In this document: positions 1 to 15,570 of the stretch, piece after piece
How the letters are laid out: each line of letters begins with the position of its first letter
Position numbering within the stretch: the first letter of the stretch is position 1
Program-made: the position numbers and the translations under genes
Notes under the pieces: generated by a model
Database searches by the model: none
The model's input: the letters and a program-made list of their open reading frames with translations, nothing else
Told to the model about the DNA's origin: nothing
Assembly: GCF_006345805.1 (NCBI RefSeq)
Contig: NC_043005.1
Span: forward strand, 75,578,001 to 75,642,000
Direction of reading: 5' to 3'
DNA: 64,000 bases
From: Octopus sinensis
Taxonomy: Eukaryota

Positions 1-659
1 CTAGTGGCGTACACTGGCTGGTAATATGCCACATGGTTTCACCGTTTTGTCCACAGGTTATTATTATTATATAATCATCATCATCATCATCAGCATTATT
101 TTATTATCATTTTTTTATTGTTTATTTTATTTTTTTAATATTTTTGAGTTTCAGTATCAGCTTGGGAAATTCACCAGGTTCTTAAAGTATTTAGTTTCAA
201 CATAATCTGTTTTAAACTGTTAAAAGTATCTCATACTCTTTTGTGACCTGGCACATTTCTCTTATTTGTGTTAGAGGAAGCATAAGATAGATTTCATGCT
301 GATTCTTACTAGGGCTATCAGGCTATCTGTATGTTGATGCTTTAATGTAGGAGCTGGCGGGGAGGGCAAAGAACCGCAGCTTTAACATCTGTATCTCTAA
401 TTAACTGACAAGGCTGTGTGACAGACCAGTAGTTCGCTGGAGGATGCTAATTCTTCGGTGTATAGTTATATATAACGTGGTCCCATCTCTGGGTGTTTCC
501 CATGTAAATCCCCCCTATCACCACCACAACACTGTTCTGCTTCTGCTAACTAAATCTTGCAAATACACATGCACATACATATATTAACTGCATATATGCA
601 GCATCAACATACATTCACATGCATATAGACTCCTACCCTACATCTGTGTGTGTGTGTTG

Positions 660-2930
<2,271 letters not shown>

Positions 2931-3397
2931 TATTTAGGGTGTTCCAGTTTAAGACTTCCCACTCTCTGTTTATTTTCTCCTTCACTTTCTACCTTCTTAT
3001 GAATCAAATTTGTTTTGATATGCTCCGACTATCTTAAATCTTTGTAAACTTTTAAATAGGTTTCATTTCCTTTTGGTCTGACACATTAGCACCACAAATA
3101 TACTAAAGGTTCATTCAACTACGGTTTCAATGAATAAATTAAAGGTGAAAGGTGGATGAGAAGTAGGGAAGAAGAGGAAGCTTGCAGCGAGACTGTGGGA
3201 GTCAGTGCTACAAACTTTTGCTTGATTCAATAACCTATTTTTCTATGCGCTTGACTAAATTATTAATTTTGTACTTCCTTTATACAAACTTTATCTTTTC
3301 CAGTGATTGTCGAGAGGTTAGGACACAAACTCATAGATTCATCTCTGTTATTATTTTCAGCAGTTTAACTGATGTCTACTTTTATACTTGTGTGAAA

Positions 3398-3536
3398 TGC
3401 AGGTGTGACTGTCTGGTTAAGGAGCTTGCTTCAGAACCTTGTGGTCTGGAGAGTTCAGTCCCACTGTTTGACACCCTGGGCAAGTGTCTTCTATTCAGCT
3501 CTGGGTCAACCAATGTATTGTGAGTGGATTTGGTAG
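3398..3536 (+). mobile_element. SINE family A, 5' part (degenerate)
   Basis: tRNA-like head with B box (gagttcagtccc) followed by ctgggcaagtgtcttcta...tgtgagtggatttggtag, shared with the full copy at 56560. Confidence 0.8.
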
Positions 3537-3668
3537 TTATATGTACATTAGATTTATAATGTAGTGGTGGTGGGGGACAAGGATGGATGGGGTAAGATTA
3601 CTGCCTTTGTCCAAAGCAGAGCAAAATGACAGGGACTGGAATTGAAACTGAATCAGGTCTGTAGGTGA

Positions 3669-4523
3669 TTCCATGCTGGCATGGGTTAGATGATTTGACT
3701 GGAACTGGTTAGCTAAAGAGCTGTACCTGGTGCCAGTCTGAGTTTGACTTGGTTTCGATGGCTGGGTGCCCTTTCTAACACCAAACACTCCAAAGAGTAT
3801 AGAGGGTGCTTTTCACATGTCACTGGCACAAGTAACTTTTACATGTCATCAGCATGGGTGGCCTCCATGTGTCACTGGCACGGGTGCCTTTTACATGATG
3901 CTGGCACTGGCCTCAACTACAATTTCACTTGGTTTGATGTGTCTTCTCAAGCACAGCAAACTACCAAGGCTTCAATCACTTATCATTGTTTCCATGAGAC
4001 CCAACATCTGAAGATCATGCTTCACCATCTTGTCCCACATCTTCCTGGAACTACCTCTTCCATAGATTCCCTCCACAGGTAAAGATTGGCACTTCTTCAT
4101 GCACCTGTCCTTGTCCATACACATCATGTAACCATACCAGCTCTCTTGCACACCACATCTAATGCCACTTATGCCCAATTTTTCTCTCAAGATGCTTACA
4201 TTCTGTTGTACATGTACATTGACATTACACATCTGACGAAGTATACTAGCTTCATTTTTTCCAAGCCTTCACATGTCCAGTGCAGTCACAGCCCATGTGT
4301 TGCTGCCGTGTATATCATGGCTGTCCACACATAGGTATCATGCAATCTGCCTTTCATTGTGCAGGGCAGACCCTTTGTTGCCAACAAAAGTAGAAGCTCA
4401 CTGAACTTTGCCCAACCTCTTCTTATTCTGCTAACTAAACTCTCAGAGGATCCACCTCCACTGTTGACCTGGTCACTTAGGTAACAGAAATATCTACTAC
4501 TTCTAAGTGTCTCTACCACTGGG
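3669..4523 (-). pseudogene. RTE-clade LINE 3' fragment: decayed RT C-terminal region plus 3' UTR
   Basis: Minus-strand peptides YFCYLSDQVNSGGGSSESLVSRIRRGWAKFSELL..KGRLHDTYVWTAMIY and WYGYMMCMDKDRCMKKC..VEGIYGRGSSRKMWDKMVKHDL match RTE motifs (F.YLG, KGRLY...R..MLHGSETW, LRWYGHV, GRGRPRKTW). Downstream 3669-3950 is the family-D UTR. Confidence 0.85.
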
Positions 4524-4913
4524 TATTTATTTGATGGAGTCCATTTTCTGTACATTCCTAGTGTTTTATTGTACCTATACACCTGCCATACACAAAAACT
4601 ACTTTCACTCCCCCCCTCTCTCTCTCTATACACACACACACATACAAACACAATATACACTAGCATACACAAATCTTGTGTGTACAGGTAGATGTACAAC
4701 TGCTAGTTCTCTGTAGTTTTAGGCAATACAGTGTTTCTTGATGATCCATTCTGGTTAAGCATCCAAATATACTTGGAAACATCCAATGCAGGTTCCTAAG
4801 CAACCATAATGGTGAAAAATATGTAAGAACTTATAATATAGACTTGTGTTTATCATAATTTCTCCTGCACATGCATGCACGCACACACATACATATCTAT
4901 ATATATACATACT

Positions 4914-4949
<36 letters not shown>

Positions 4950-5224
4950 TACACACATTATATATATATATATATATATAAAACCAAGAAAGAGAGAACA
5001 AAGTTTGAAGGTCAGTGTTCATATTCACTCAATATATTTCAAAACATCAGAATACTCCATAACATACATAGGTGCATTCATATACACAAGATATAATATA
5101 GAAATTTATAGATATATAAATATATAAATACATAAATGTACTTGCGAGGTTGTATGTCCTTATTAAAATCAATGAGGATATTAAAATATGAGGATGATGA
5201 ATGTGTGTGTGTGTTATATATATA

Positions 5225-5264
<40 letters not shown>

Positions 5265-5886
5265 AATATATATATATATTATATATACACACAACACACA
5301 CACAACATGTATACACAGAGAAAGTTAATATAAGTCCTTATGTAATTCCAAGTTTAAAATCTCTCTTTCTGTATATGTTAGAAAATTCATCTGTTGAGAA
5401 CATTTAGAAACGCCGTGCATCAATTTCTATCACCATCAAATCAAAACCGTATATCATCTGTCCTTATTAATTAAAAAAAAAAATTAAATAATTGCTTCAA
5501 CTTTATTATATGAGGAGGTGTACCTACTGCTGTTTATTGAACTAAAATGTGTTCTATAGATGACTTGCAGGCTAAAATAATTAATTTGATCCAGGGTGTA
5601 ACTGGAACTCAGCTGCAAAATATATTTCTAGAATTATGAAATTGCATCATAGTTTCTATACATAATGATAGAAGAGTTGTTGAAATCTTAAGAATAAATC
5701 TCTTTAAAATATAATAAAAGTTTTTTCAGTTATCCTTGTCAAAAATTAATTCTACCATATATGGAACTAAAGTTATATAAATTTAAACTTGCACAAACAC
5801 TTTATAATAACCTTCTGTATGCATATTTTATTACGAGTGGATCTAAGAATAAATTGTTTACTCACTCATGTTAATAGATTTTTTAG

Positions 5887-6050
5887 GGTGCAGATATGTT
5901 TGTGTGGTTAAGAAGCTTATTTTGCTATCACATAGTTTCAGGTTCAGTCCCACAGTGCAGCACCTTGGGCAAATGTCTTCTTTAATAGCCCCAGGTCGAC
6001 CAATGTCTTGTGAGTGAATTTGGCAGATGGAAAATGTGTGGGAGCCCATC
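5887..6050 (+). mobile_element. SINE family A, 5' half
   Basis: gtgtggttaagaagctt...ggttcagtcccac...ccttgggcaaatgtcttc...gtgagtgaatttggcagatgg. Confidence 0.85.
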
Positions 6051-6070
6051 ACATATATATATATATATAT

Positions 6071-6228
6071 AGGGAGAGTTTACGAAAAAAACACATGACG
6101 AAGACAGGTGGTGTACAAAACAAACAGATGTATTAGTATAATGCTCAGGAATAGAAAAAGTCTTTTACGTTTCGAGCCTACGCTCTTCTACAGAAAGGGA
6201 CACAAAAAAAAAATAAGGAGAGAAAATA
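6071..6228 (-). mobile_element. Penelope-like terminal-repeat fragment containing a minimal hammerhead-like motif (6162-6197)
   Basis: Minus strand reads cttt CTGTAGA a gagc gtag gctc GAAA cg TA aaag: helix I cttt/aaag, helix II gagc/gctc, palindromic ACGT helix III; A6 is replaced by U. Confidence 0.6.
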
Positions 6229-6242
6229 TATATATATATATA

Positions 6243-6410
6243 TCATCATCATTGTTTAACATCCACTTTCCATGCTGGCATGTGTTGGACAGTTTGAGTA
6301 TGGACTGGCAAGCTAGGAGGCTGCACCAGGCTCCAATCTGATCTGGCAAGGTTTTTACAGCTGGATGCTCTTCCTAATACCAACCACTCCAAGATTGTAG
6401 TGTGTGCTTC
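6243..6410 (-). mobile_element. Family D (RTE 3'-UTR/tail) fragment
   Basis: (cat)n tail, ttccatgctggcatg, ctggatgctcttcctaataccaaccactcc. Confidence 0.8.
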
Positions 6411-6495
6411 TTATACATATATATATACTAGCTGAAGGTGACCCGCTCTACGTGCGGGTAAGAGTGTGGTTGTTACTTTCTGTTGCTTCCTTTCA

Positions 6496-6822
6496 GCACG
6501 TAAAAAGCACCATCCGAACGTGGCGGATTGCAGCGCCGCCTTGACTGGCTTCTGTGCTGGTGGCACGTAAAAAGCACCAACCGATCGTGGCCGCTGCCAG
6601 CCCCCCTGGCACCTGTGCAGGCGGCACGAAAAAAGCATCCACTACGCTCACAGAGTGGTTGGCGTTAGGAAGGGCATCCACCTGTCGAAACACTGCCAGA
6701 TCAGACTGGAGCCTGGTGCAGCCTCCTGGCTTCCAGACCCCTGTCAAACTGTGGCAACCCGTGCTAGCACGGAAAACGGACGTTAAACGATGATGATGAT
6801 GATGATGATGAGATGATGATGA
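6496..6822 (+). mobile_element. Family D (RTE 3' UTR) copy nested in the Helitron
   Basis: gcacgtaaaaagcacc units, ggttggcgttaggaagggcatcca, ctagcacggaaaacggacgttaaacg(atg)n tail. Confidence 0.85.
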
Positions 6823-7508
6823 TCTCCCTCTTTGTTCTTTTCTCCTTTCTCTCTCACTTTCCCACTCTCTTACTCTTCCTTTCTCTCGGACTCTCCCTCG
6901 CTTTCTCTTACTCTCTATCTTTATGTATCTCTCTCCATTTATAACAAGAAAAGATCTGAGTAAGTTGAGAAATAAAATATTTAGAAAGATCAATCATAAT
7001 ATCAGGCAGTTACAAAGGAAAGGTCTGCTTCAAGACAGACAGCAAAACACTAACATTTAAAAGGGACAGACGAACTTGCGAGCTGAATAAAAATAATAAA
7101 ATATTGGAAACCAAAGTTTGAAGGGATAGAATTTGAGCATAGTAGAGTCACCATGGCTGGCATTTCTTAACGACGGACAGCAACGTATTGACAGTTCAAC
7201 GGCTGGCGTAAAAGTTTGAACTTGATGTAAAAGAAAAATCCCTAAAAAACCAAGTTTTGACTTGATTCTTTCTCACGACAGTAGACTCACGATGGCAAGC
7301 ATTAAAAACTTCTTCATCATGGACGGCAACACATTGACGATTAAAAGGCTGGAGCAAATTTTTTAGCTTGATGTAACAGAGAATTGCTAAACACCCGCTC
7401 CTTTAAATTTTAATCCCCTTCCAGCCCATTTATACCCCTTTTCACCTTTTGGTTAATATAACCCGATTTAATTTGGGTCTACTGGGGCCACATTTTATAA
7501 GATGAGGA

Positions 7509-7703
7509 CTCAACCAAGTTTCCCAAGTTCTGGTCATAGACCATAGAACACTCAACAAGTTTCCCGATTTCTGGTCATAGACCATAGAACAGTTCAAGCA
7601 AGTTTCCCGATTCTGGTCATAGACCATAGAACACTCAACCAAGTTTCCCGAGTTCTGGTCATAGACCATAGAACACTAAACTAAGTTTCCCGAGTTCTGG
7701 TCA
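7509..7703. repeat. ~42-bp minisatellite, ~4.7 copies, inside the Helitron
   Basis: Head-to-tail unit ctcaaccaagtttcccgagttctggtcatagaccatagaaca. Confidence 0.95.
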
Positions 7704-8564
7704 TTTGCAGAATAAATAGAGACGGCGGAGGTGGCAGACGTCGTTGCAATGTAAACATGATTGTTATAAGAGAAAGATTGTCCAGATTGTGTGTTGGTGG
7801 TGTTGGTGGTGGCGATGATAATTATCATTAGGAAAAAGAGTGAGTGAGTGAGGAAGACATACATAAGTTGTGGCGATGATAATTGTAGACCCCTTTTCAC
7901 ATTTTGATGAAGAGAACCCGATTTCATTCGGGTGTACTGGGGCTACATATAGGTGTGTGTGTGTGTGCACACGGTGTAGAAATTAATTTAGAGATAAAAC
8001 CACTAATAGGGAAATGAAACAGTAAAAAACCAAAAACAAAAACATAAAAATAAAAATATAATATAGATATATGTATATGTGTGTGTGTGTGTGGTGTGGT
8101 GTGTTGACAGGTAGACAATAGAATGCGATGGCGAGGGGATGGCGATGTAATATTTGTTACTGTCCATGAACGCTGATAGATACATGAGTAAAATGTATAG
8201 GAAGGTAAGAGATAGAGTGAGTGAAAATGTTCTTGAAGAGAGTAAATAGCTACAGAGTGATTTGAGGAAGACTTTACATTAAATAACGGTAGTTGCATTG
8301 TCAAATGAAGAGGAAGTGACAGAGTACTGGAGGAAATAGGGTGAGGTAGGAAGATGGCCCCTAGCAACCACACCTTTTAAGATAGGGATTTCTAAGGTAG
8401 CCCACGCGCATCGTCACCTCATTCTACATGTCCTTGTAAATTTTGGAGCGAATCGGACAGGATGTAGTGGCATTGAAAGCGAACCAAGCGGTAAAAACGC
8501 ATTTCAGTTTTATATATAGAGAAGAGATATGCACACACACATGCATACATATATATATATTTTT

Positions 8565-8673
8565 TTATTCTTTTAGTTGTTTCAGTCATTTGACTGTGGC
8601 CACGCTGGAGTACTGCCTTAAAGGGTTTTTCGTCGAAGAACTTGACTCCCAGGACTTATTTTTGCAAGCCTAG
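8565..8673 (-). mobile_element. SINE family A, 3' fragment
   Basis: ttgtttcagtcatttgactgtggccacgctggag...ccccaggacttatt. Confidence 0.8.
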
Positions 8674-8884
8674 TGTGTATATATATGTATATTATTATTA
8701 TGGCTTCCCCCTCGTTATCGAGTATGGCCATTGCACGAAGCTTAACTGTTACTGGTGCTGTGATCGAATGTGACTTTTTAGCCCAGCCAAAGTTCTACAA
8801 TGTCTTGTACAGAATTGGCAACTAAAACCTTTACCTATATATATATATATGTATACATACCTTTTAGGAAGTTAAAAATTATGG

Positions 8885-8985
8885 CTGGTCATAGGGTGAC
8901 CATTGATTTCACACCTATAAGCATTTAGTACCTATACTGTTAAGCACTTTATAGGTGTGAAACTAATGGTCATTCTTATGACTGG
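8885..8985. repeat. ~100-nt fold-back inverted repeat
   Basis: gtcatagggtgaccattgatttcacacctataa pairs with ttataggtgtgaaactaatggtcattcttatgac. Confidence 0.85.
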
Positions 8986-9094
8986 TGATGAAGATATTAC
9001 TGCACTAACGCTTTAGAGTGTGTTTATTTTTCAGATATATGAACTTCTGTCAATATATACAAATAATGGACATTAAATGATGATGATGATGATA

Positions 9095-9125
<31 letters not shown>

Positions 9126-9259
9126 GTGTGCATATATATATATATTTGTTTATAATGGTGAAACTTGAAGTATATATAGCTATAAATAATAGCTTGTAAA
9201 TACTGGGTTAAAAAAAAACTCTTGTATAGAGAAAGTGACTGGGTGTGTGTATGTATGTG

Positions 9260-9634
9260 TATAACTCGACTCCGTCCGTCACAAATGACCATGAGTGCAC
9301 TAAGAGGTTCCCCTGCTGGGTACAAGTCTGGGCGGAAAGTTGCCTCATTGGTGAATGCACAACCTAGGGTTGTTTTTATCATGGAAGACCAGAAGTCACC
9401 CATGCATACCAGCCTCCCCGCTCCATGCTACCGATGTTATCCAAGGGAACGGCAAAAGCTGGTACAGCTTGGCACCTGTGACATCGCAACTCATTTCTAC
9501 AGCTGAGTGAACTGGAGCAACATGAAATAAAGTATCTTGCTCAAAAATACAACACACAGCCTGGTGTGGTAATCGAACTCACAACCTCATGATCGTAAGC
9601 TCAATGCTCTAACCACTAAGCCATGTGCCTTCAC
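9260..9634 (-). mobile_element. SINE family C (tRNA head, CORE-like body, RTE-like tail)
   Basis: Reverse complement of the 15571 copy: A box tggcttagtgg, B box gagttcgattacc, ttgagcaagatactttatttc. Confidence 0.85.
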
Positions 9635-9654
9635 TGTATACATGCATGCATAAA

Positions 9655-10214
<560 letters not shown>

Positions 10215-10279
10215 TACACATGCTAATTTTGCAAACAGTCTCTTGGACATTTTTTGTGTGATTATAATATAATATTAGA

Positions 10280-10502
10280 ATAATGGTTTTAAATGTTGGC
10301 CCAACATTAGCAAGTTTGACGTGGGTGGGTAAGTTAATTACATCGCCCCCAGTGTTCAACTGGTACTATTTTATCGACCCCGCAAAGATGAAAGACTATG
10401 TCGACATCAGCAAAATTTAAACCAAGAAAATAAAAATGATGGACCAAATGCTGTTAAGCATTTTGCTCAACATGCTAATGGCTCTGTCAACTTGCTGCCT
10501 TT
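10280..10502 (-). mobile_element. SINE family B (degenerate)
   Basis: ccccagtgttcaactggtactattttatcgacccc...gatgaaag..gtcgac. Confidence 0.75.
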
Positions 10503-11099
10503 GATACCACTGTTTAATATTGGCTGGGAATTAAAGTACATCATATATTACTCTCTGTAGGAATAGTGTCTGGTCGGTTACATTTTCTACACCATTGAGC
10601 CAGCTAGAATCAAAACAATGACTTCCATATTCATTCTTAATATGTTTTGACAGACTCAAACAGAAATATGCTCGTAGCTGTTTACTGTGCACCAGGCAGT
10701 TTATTATTGGTTGGTAGATATCAGCACACATCATCAAATAATTTATTTGCGGAAGTTATGAACAAGAACCAAGAAAGTCTAGAGTGCCTTTGGCTGAGAA
10801 GACACAATGATGTCAAAACACTAGGTGTCTCAAAGTTGTTTTATGTGAATGAATTGAGTATGTTTTATAAACACATTTGTCTGGAAGAAGTTGTTCTCCT
10901 ATGGTGAAACACAACAGTATTAATAAAGATTATGCAAGTCTCCATTTTGATTTTCACTGTTTGTATATGTATATGTGTATGTATATGTATATATGTATAT
11001 GTTTGTATATATATATATGTATGTGTAAATTTATACATATATGCATATATATATTTATATAAATATGTGTATATATATGTGTGTGTGTGTGTATGTTAC

Positions 11100-11380
11100 T
11101 TGTGCCGCCTGACTGGCTCTTGTGCTGGTAGCATGTAAAAAGTACTATTAGAGCGTAGTCGATGCCAGTGCTGCCCGACTAGCCCCTGTGCCGGTGGCAC
11201 ATAAAAAGCATGCAGTACATTCTTGGAGTGGTTGGCATTACGAAGGGCATCCAGCTGTAGAAACTTTGCCAGATCAGATTGAAGCCCGGTGCAGCCTCCT
11301 GATTTGCCAGTCCCCGGTCAAACTGTCCAACCCATGCTAGCATGGAAAGCAGACGTTAAACGATAATGATGATGATGATG
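11100..11380 (+). mobile_element. Family D (RTE 3' UTR) copy
   Basis: gaagggcatccagctgtagaaac...aacccatgctagcatggaaagcagacgttaaacg(atg)n. Confidence 0.85.
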
Positions 11381-11576
11381 TATATGTATATGTGTATGTA
11401 TACATATGTATATATATATGTATGCATTTATGCAGGTGTATATGTATTTATATATATATATATATATATATGGCGGTGCCCCAGCAAAATGGCGGTGCCC
11501 CAGCATGGCCACAGCTCAAGAGCTGAAACTGGAAAACATAAACATGTGTATATATGTATGCATGTGTGTGTGTGTA

Positions 11577-11641
<65 letters not shown>

Positions 11642-12037
11642 GTATGTGTATGTTTATGTAGATATATGTATATGTGTGTGTGTGTATATATATATATATA
11701 CATGTCTGTATTTGTAGGAGGTCATGTACTAAATAATCCGTGCAAATATTTCCTAAATGAATTGATTGAAATTTGTGAAATCTTAGTTGCAATTTTTGTG
11801 ACTCTTAAAGAGAAAGCAAGACAAATTTCTAGAAATTAAAAATTAATTTCACTGAAAATTGAATTTTCATGCTTAAGGATAAAAACAAACATTAAATCTG
11901 TATTTTGTAAGACAGCAAAGTGACAGCTGCAGACATGTTTTGCTTTTATTTGATCTCTTCAGGAAAGAATAGTCTTGTCAGCCTCCTTTAATCATCACTG
12001 GGCAGAGATTTTTAGCTGTAAGAAAAGAGACAGAAAG

Positions 12038-12425
12038 CATCATCATCATCATCACTATTGTCATCATCATCATTGTCATCATCATATTGCCATCATCATC
12101 ATTGCCATCATCATCTTCATCATCATTATCATCATCATTTCACTATCGTCATCATCACTATTCTCTTCTTCATCATCATCATTATCGTCATTGTCGTCAC
12201 TATTGTCATCATCACTATCATCATTATCATCATCATCTCATCACTGTTGTCATCTTCATTGTCTGCATCATAATCATCATCATCATCGTCATCATCATTA
12301 TCATCATCACTATCATCTTCTTCATTGTCCTCATCATCATTGTCATCACTATCATCATCATCTCCATTATTATTATCGTCATCATCATCATCTTCATTGT
12401 CACTATCATTATCATCATCATCATT
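12038..12425. repeat. Expanded degenerate (CAT)n tract, tail of a minus-strand RTE-tailed element (12425-12600)
   Basis: Trinucleotide repeat abutting acacttttccatgcttgtatg; gives spurious His/Ser/Ile ORFs. Confidence 0.9.
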
Positions 12426-13024
12426 GTTTCAATGTACACTTTTCCATGCTTGTATGAAGTCAGACAGAATTCAGTAAGACATATTTTACTTGGATGGGTG
12501 CCTATCCTGTCACCAACCCTCACCTCTGCACAAGAGCAGTAATACATGCTCATGCGTGGACAAGTCTATTTTACAGAACATTGGAAATGGATAGTACCAT
12601 GCATGTACATGTGCACCCCCACCACACACATACATGCATGTATGCAAGCATACATACATAAATACATGCATGCTTCACTGGAACTGTAAAAATCTGTGAA
12701 ACTTTTCAGAAGTTTATCATTCAAATATATATGAGTGTGTCTCGATATGCAAGTATACACATGAGAATACATGCATAAAACAAAACATACAAATCTGCAC
12801 ATACATACATACAAACAAAATTACCCTGTGATTGATGTTGAAATTCCAATGAAAAAGCCTTGGATCTAGGTTGGAAACCAGCTCTTTCTTTATTGGCAAG
12901 AAATCTTGAAATAAAACTGAATAATGACATACATCTATTATGAAACTAGAGATTAAAATCATTTTAGAGTTTGGATAAAGTTACATATTTTCTACACACA
13001 AACACAAATGTATATGTGTGTGTT

Positions 13025-13360
13025 ACCAGCGTTACCAGCATCGCCTTACTGGCACGTGAAAAAACATATGAGCATGGTTGTTGCCAATGCCGCTGGACTG
13101 GCTCCTGTGCAGGTGGCATATAAAAAACACCATTTGAGTGTGGCCGTTGCCATTACTGCCTGACTGGCCCTCGTGTCGGTGGCATGTAAAAACACCCACT
13201 ATACTCTTGGAGTGGTTGGTGTAAGGAAGGGCATCCAACTGTAGAAACTCTGCCAGATCAGATTGGAGCATGGTGCAGCCATCTGGTTCGCCAGACCTCA
13301 GTCAAATCATCCAACCCATGCTAGCATGGAAATTGGACGTTAAACAATGATGATGATGAT
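13025..13360 (+). mobile_element. Family D (RTE 3' UTR) copy
   Basis: Tandem ggcacgtgaaaaaac units and the conserved tail ending (atg)n. Confidence 0.85.
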
Positions 13361-13937
13361 ATATTGTGTATATATATTTTGGTCAGTATTATTGGTATAT
13401 TTACTGAAAGTAAGTGAAGGGAAGTAGCACACACAGGTCAGTGATTATTGAGTTAGTTAGGGATGTACTGAATAATAAAGGCAGGATATTCTTAATGAAT
13501 TGAAATTTGCCTCTTCATGAGAGAAAGGAAAGAAAATAACCTATGGGCAAATGTTAGAGACTTTCAAGGTAAACGAAAGTTACATTCAAGAAATTTAGAA
13601 TTAAATTTAACAGTAAATTGAATTATCTAAATTCATGTCATTACTTTGCTTGAGTAATTTTCTTTAGCTTACTTCAGACACACACACACACTCACACACA
13701 CACACACACACATGCACACACATGCATGCATGTATGAATGTATATACATGTACTTTATGTATGAATTTATATGTGTGTGTGTGTATATATATTTATGTAT
13801 TTATATATTTATTTATGCACACAGACATATACATACATACACATGCATTTGATCTATCAGTTAGTTTATATCAATATCTGTATACACATATAATTATGCT
13901 CACATGTAACACACACCACATATACATTTGTGTTTGT

Positions 13938-13974
<37 letters not shown>

Positions 13975-15570
13975 AAATATGTAACTTTATCCAAAGCTCT
14001 AAAAGGATTTTAATCTCCAGTTTCATAATATTAAAGAGGTGATAACTAATCTTTCTGTTGATAAGAATCCAGTCTGCCTCAGATAACCTTTCCAAATGAA
14101 CTAATACCTACCGATTCCTGACTCTTAACTAAACTCTGACCACTTTGAATCGAGAGCAGTACTCAAATAAACACAATAAATGCCTGCAACCATTCTGACC
14201 TGGAATCATTTGTGATGGCAAGTCCTGTACCACATTTACACAGCCTTTTAATATCTTCTTTATAGTTATTGCTTAGCACTCTGGAAGACAAAGTAGATAG
14301 TTTGTAGAATAGTAGACCGAGAAAGATAATGGCTGGAAGTTGTTAGGTCAGGCTTTAAGATATTAGTCCTCACAGATAAGATGATATAAGGTGAGAAAGC
14401 CAACAGAGAATTACTTTATTTATTGACTTTTCTTGAAATTGCCAGCATGTAAAAAATGGATGTTAAAATGGTAAAAGTTATGAGGGGTTTCAGTGAAGGA
14501 TTTTTAGCTGTTGTATTCAGCGTATTTAGCAAGAATGTTGGAACTCACTCATTGTTAATGACGATAATGATAGTAAAAGTAATGCATGAGATGGTTTCAG
14601 TGATTAAGATTCCTTTCTTCTCTTTTGTGTTGCCAACAGTTATTCCAGGTGATGCTTTTCAAGTGACTCGCTTCTGTTGTTTTATTTTTGGTGTTTTACT
14701 TCCGTTTAAAGTTCAATGATGATGGAAAGATTCTGATCCGTCAGTAATCTAAGATTTTGTGTATATGCGACAAAAAAAAAAAGAAAAAAAAAGGAGGAAT
14801 ATTTAATAACATTTGCATTTTCATAGAAAGTAGTGAGAAAAATATATGAATGTGTTGCTTAAACAATCCATGATAGGCGTAAATACTCACTTGGAGACTT
14901 GAGTCACCGACACAACAGGATGAATGCTTTTACAACTTAGCATCTGCTTCTCATAAATTCACTTTAATGAATTCAAATGTCAACGGCAAACTAAAATTGA
15001 ATCTGGTTCCTCAGTTTTCCCAAACCATTATATTTGTAATTTTCGTTTTTTTAGATTTTAACATTTGTAGGTTTATTAAAAAAAAAAAAAAAAAAAAAGA
15101 ACAAGATGAACAAATTATAGGTGAGGGGAGTGTTCACCTATCATCTCAATTGGTGTAATCTTTAGTTGTCACTATAACCTCTGAGAGAGAGAGAGAGAGA
15201 GTGAGAGACAATAGTTTAAATGATGGACTAACCACCAGACAGTCAAGAGTTCAAACCAGAAATGATTATTTTTGATTGGAGCATCTGCTTGCTTATTTCT
15301 CTTTATTCAAACTTGTTGAAGGTTATTTTGAAAAACAGGATCCATCAAAATCTATAGACTATGTTCTGGTGAGGTGGGATGTGGCTATGACATGATTAAA
15401 CTGTAGACTGGCCTTCCTCTACGAAACCAGCCAATAGTACACAGTCTCTAATAACCACTAACCTTCTATAATGCTCAGGTGATATCTACTATGGAGTACT
15501 GCCCCTACATCTAGGACAGAGTTGATGCTACATGTACAGATATATTTGCTAGGTTTAGCTAAACCTAAGT

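Larger units (their letters stand above)
6428..8527 (-). mobile_element. Non-autonomous Helitron (~2.1 kb)
   Basis: Minus strand starts A|TCTCTTCTCTATATATAAAAC (8527) and ends with a GC hairpin acccgc/gcgggt (6441-6459) 9 nt before CTAG|T (6428-6431). Inserted between A and T with no TSD; internal minisatellite. Confidence 0.75.

Noticed and set aside
405-430. ctgacaaggctgtgtgacagacc resembling the 5' half of a hammerhead
   Set aside because: CUGANGA is mismatched and no GAAA box or UH site follows; at best a heavily decayed remnant.
7509-7703. Regular ~42-bp repeats superficially like a CRISPR array
   Set aside because: No unique spacers, no cas genes and a eukaryotic context; this is a minisatellite inside a Helitron.
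11963-12017. Possible 55-nt exon (good acceptor ctcttcag, donor gtaaga)
   Set aside because: Weak donor context, no recognisable peptide and no partner exons.
11975-12553. His-rich, Ser-rich and Met-rich ORFs
   Set aside because: Product of an expanded (CAT)n retroelement tail.
14716-14760. C-box-like ATGATGA followed by CTGA (possible C/D snoRNA)
   Set aside because: The boxes are only about 10 nt apart, with no terminal D box or closing stem at a suitable distance.
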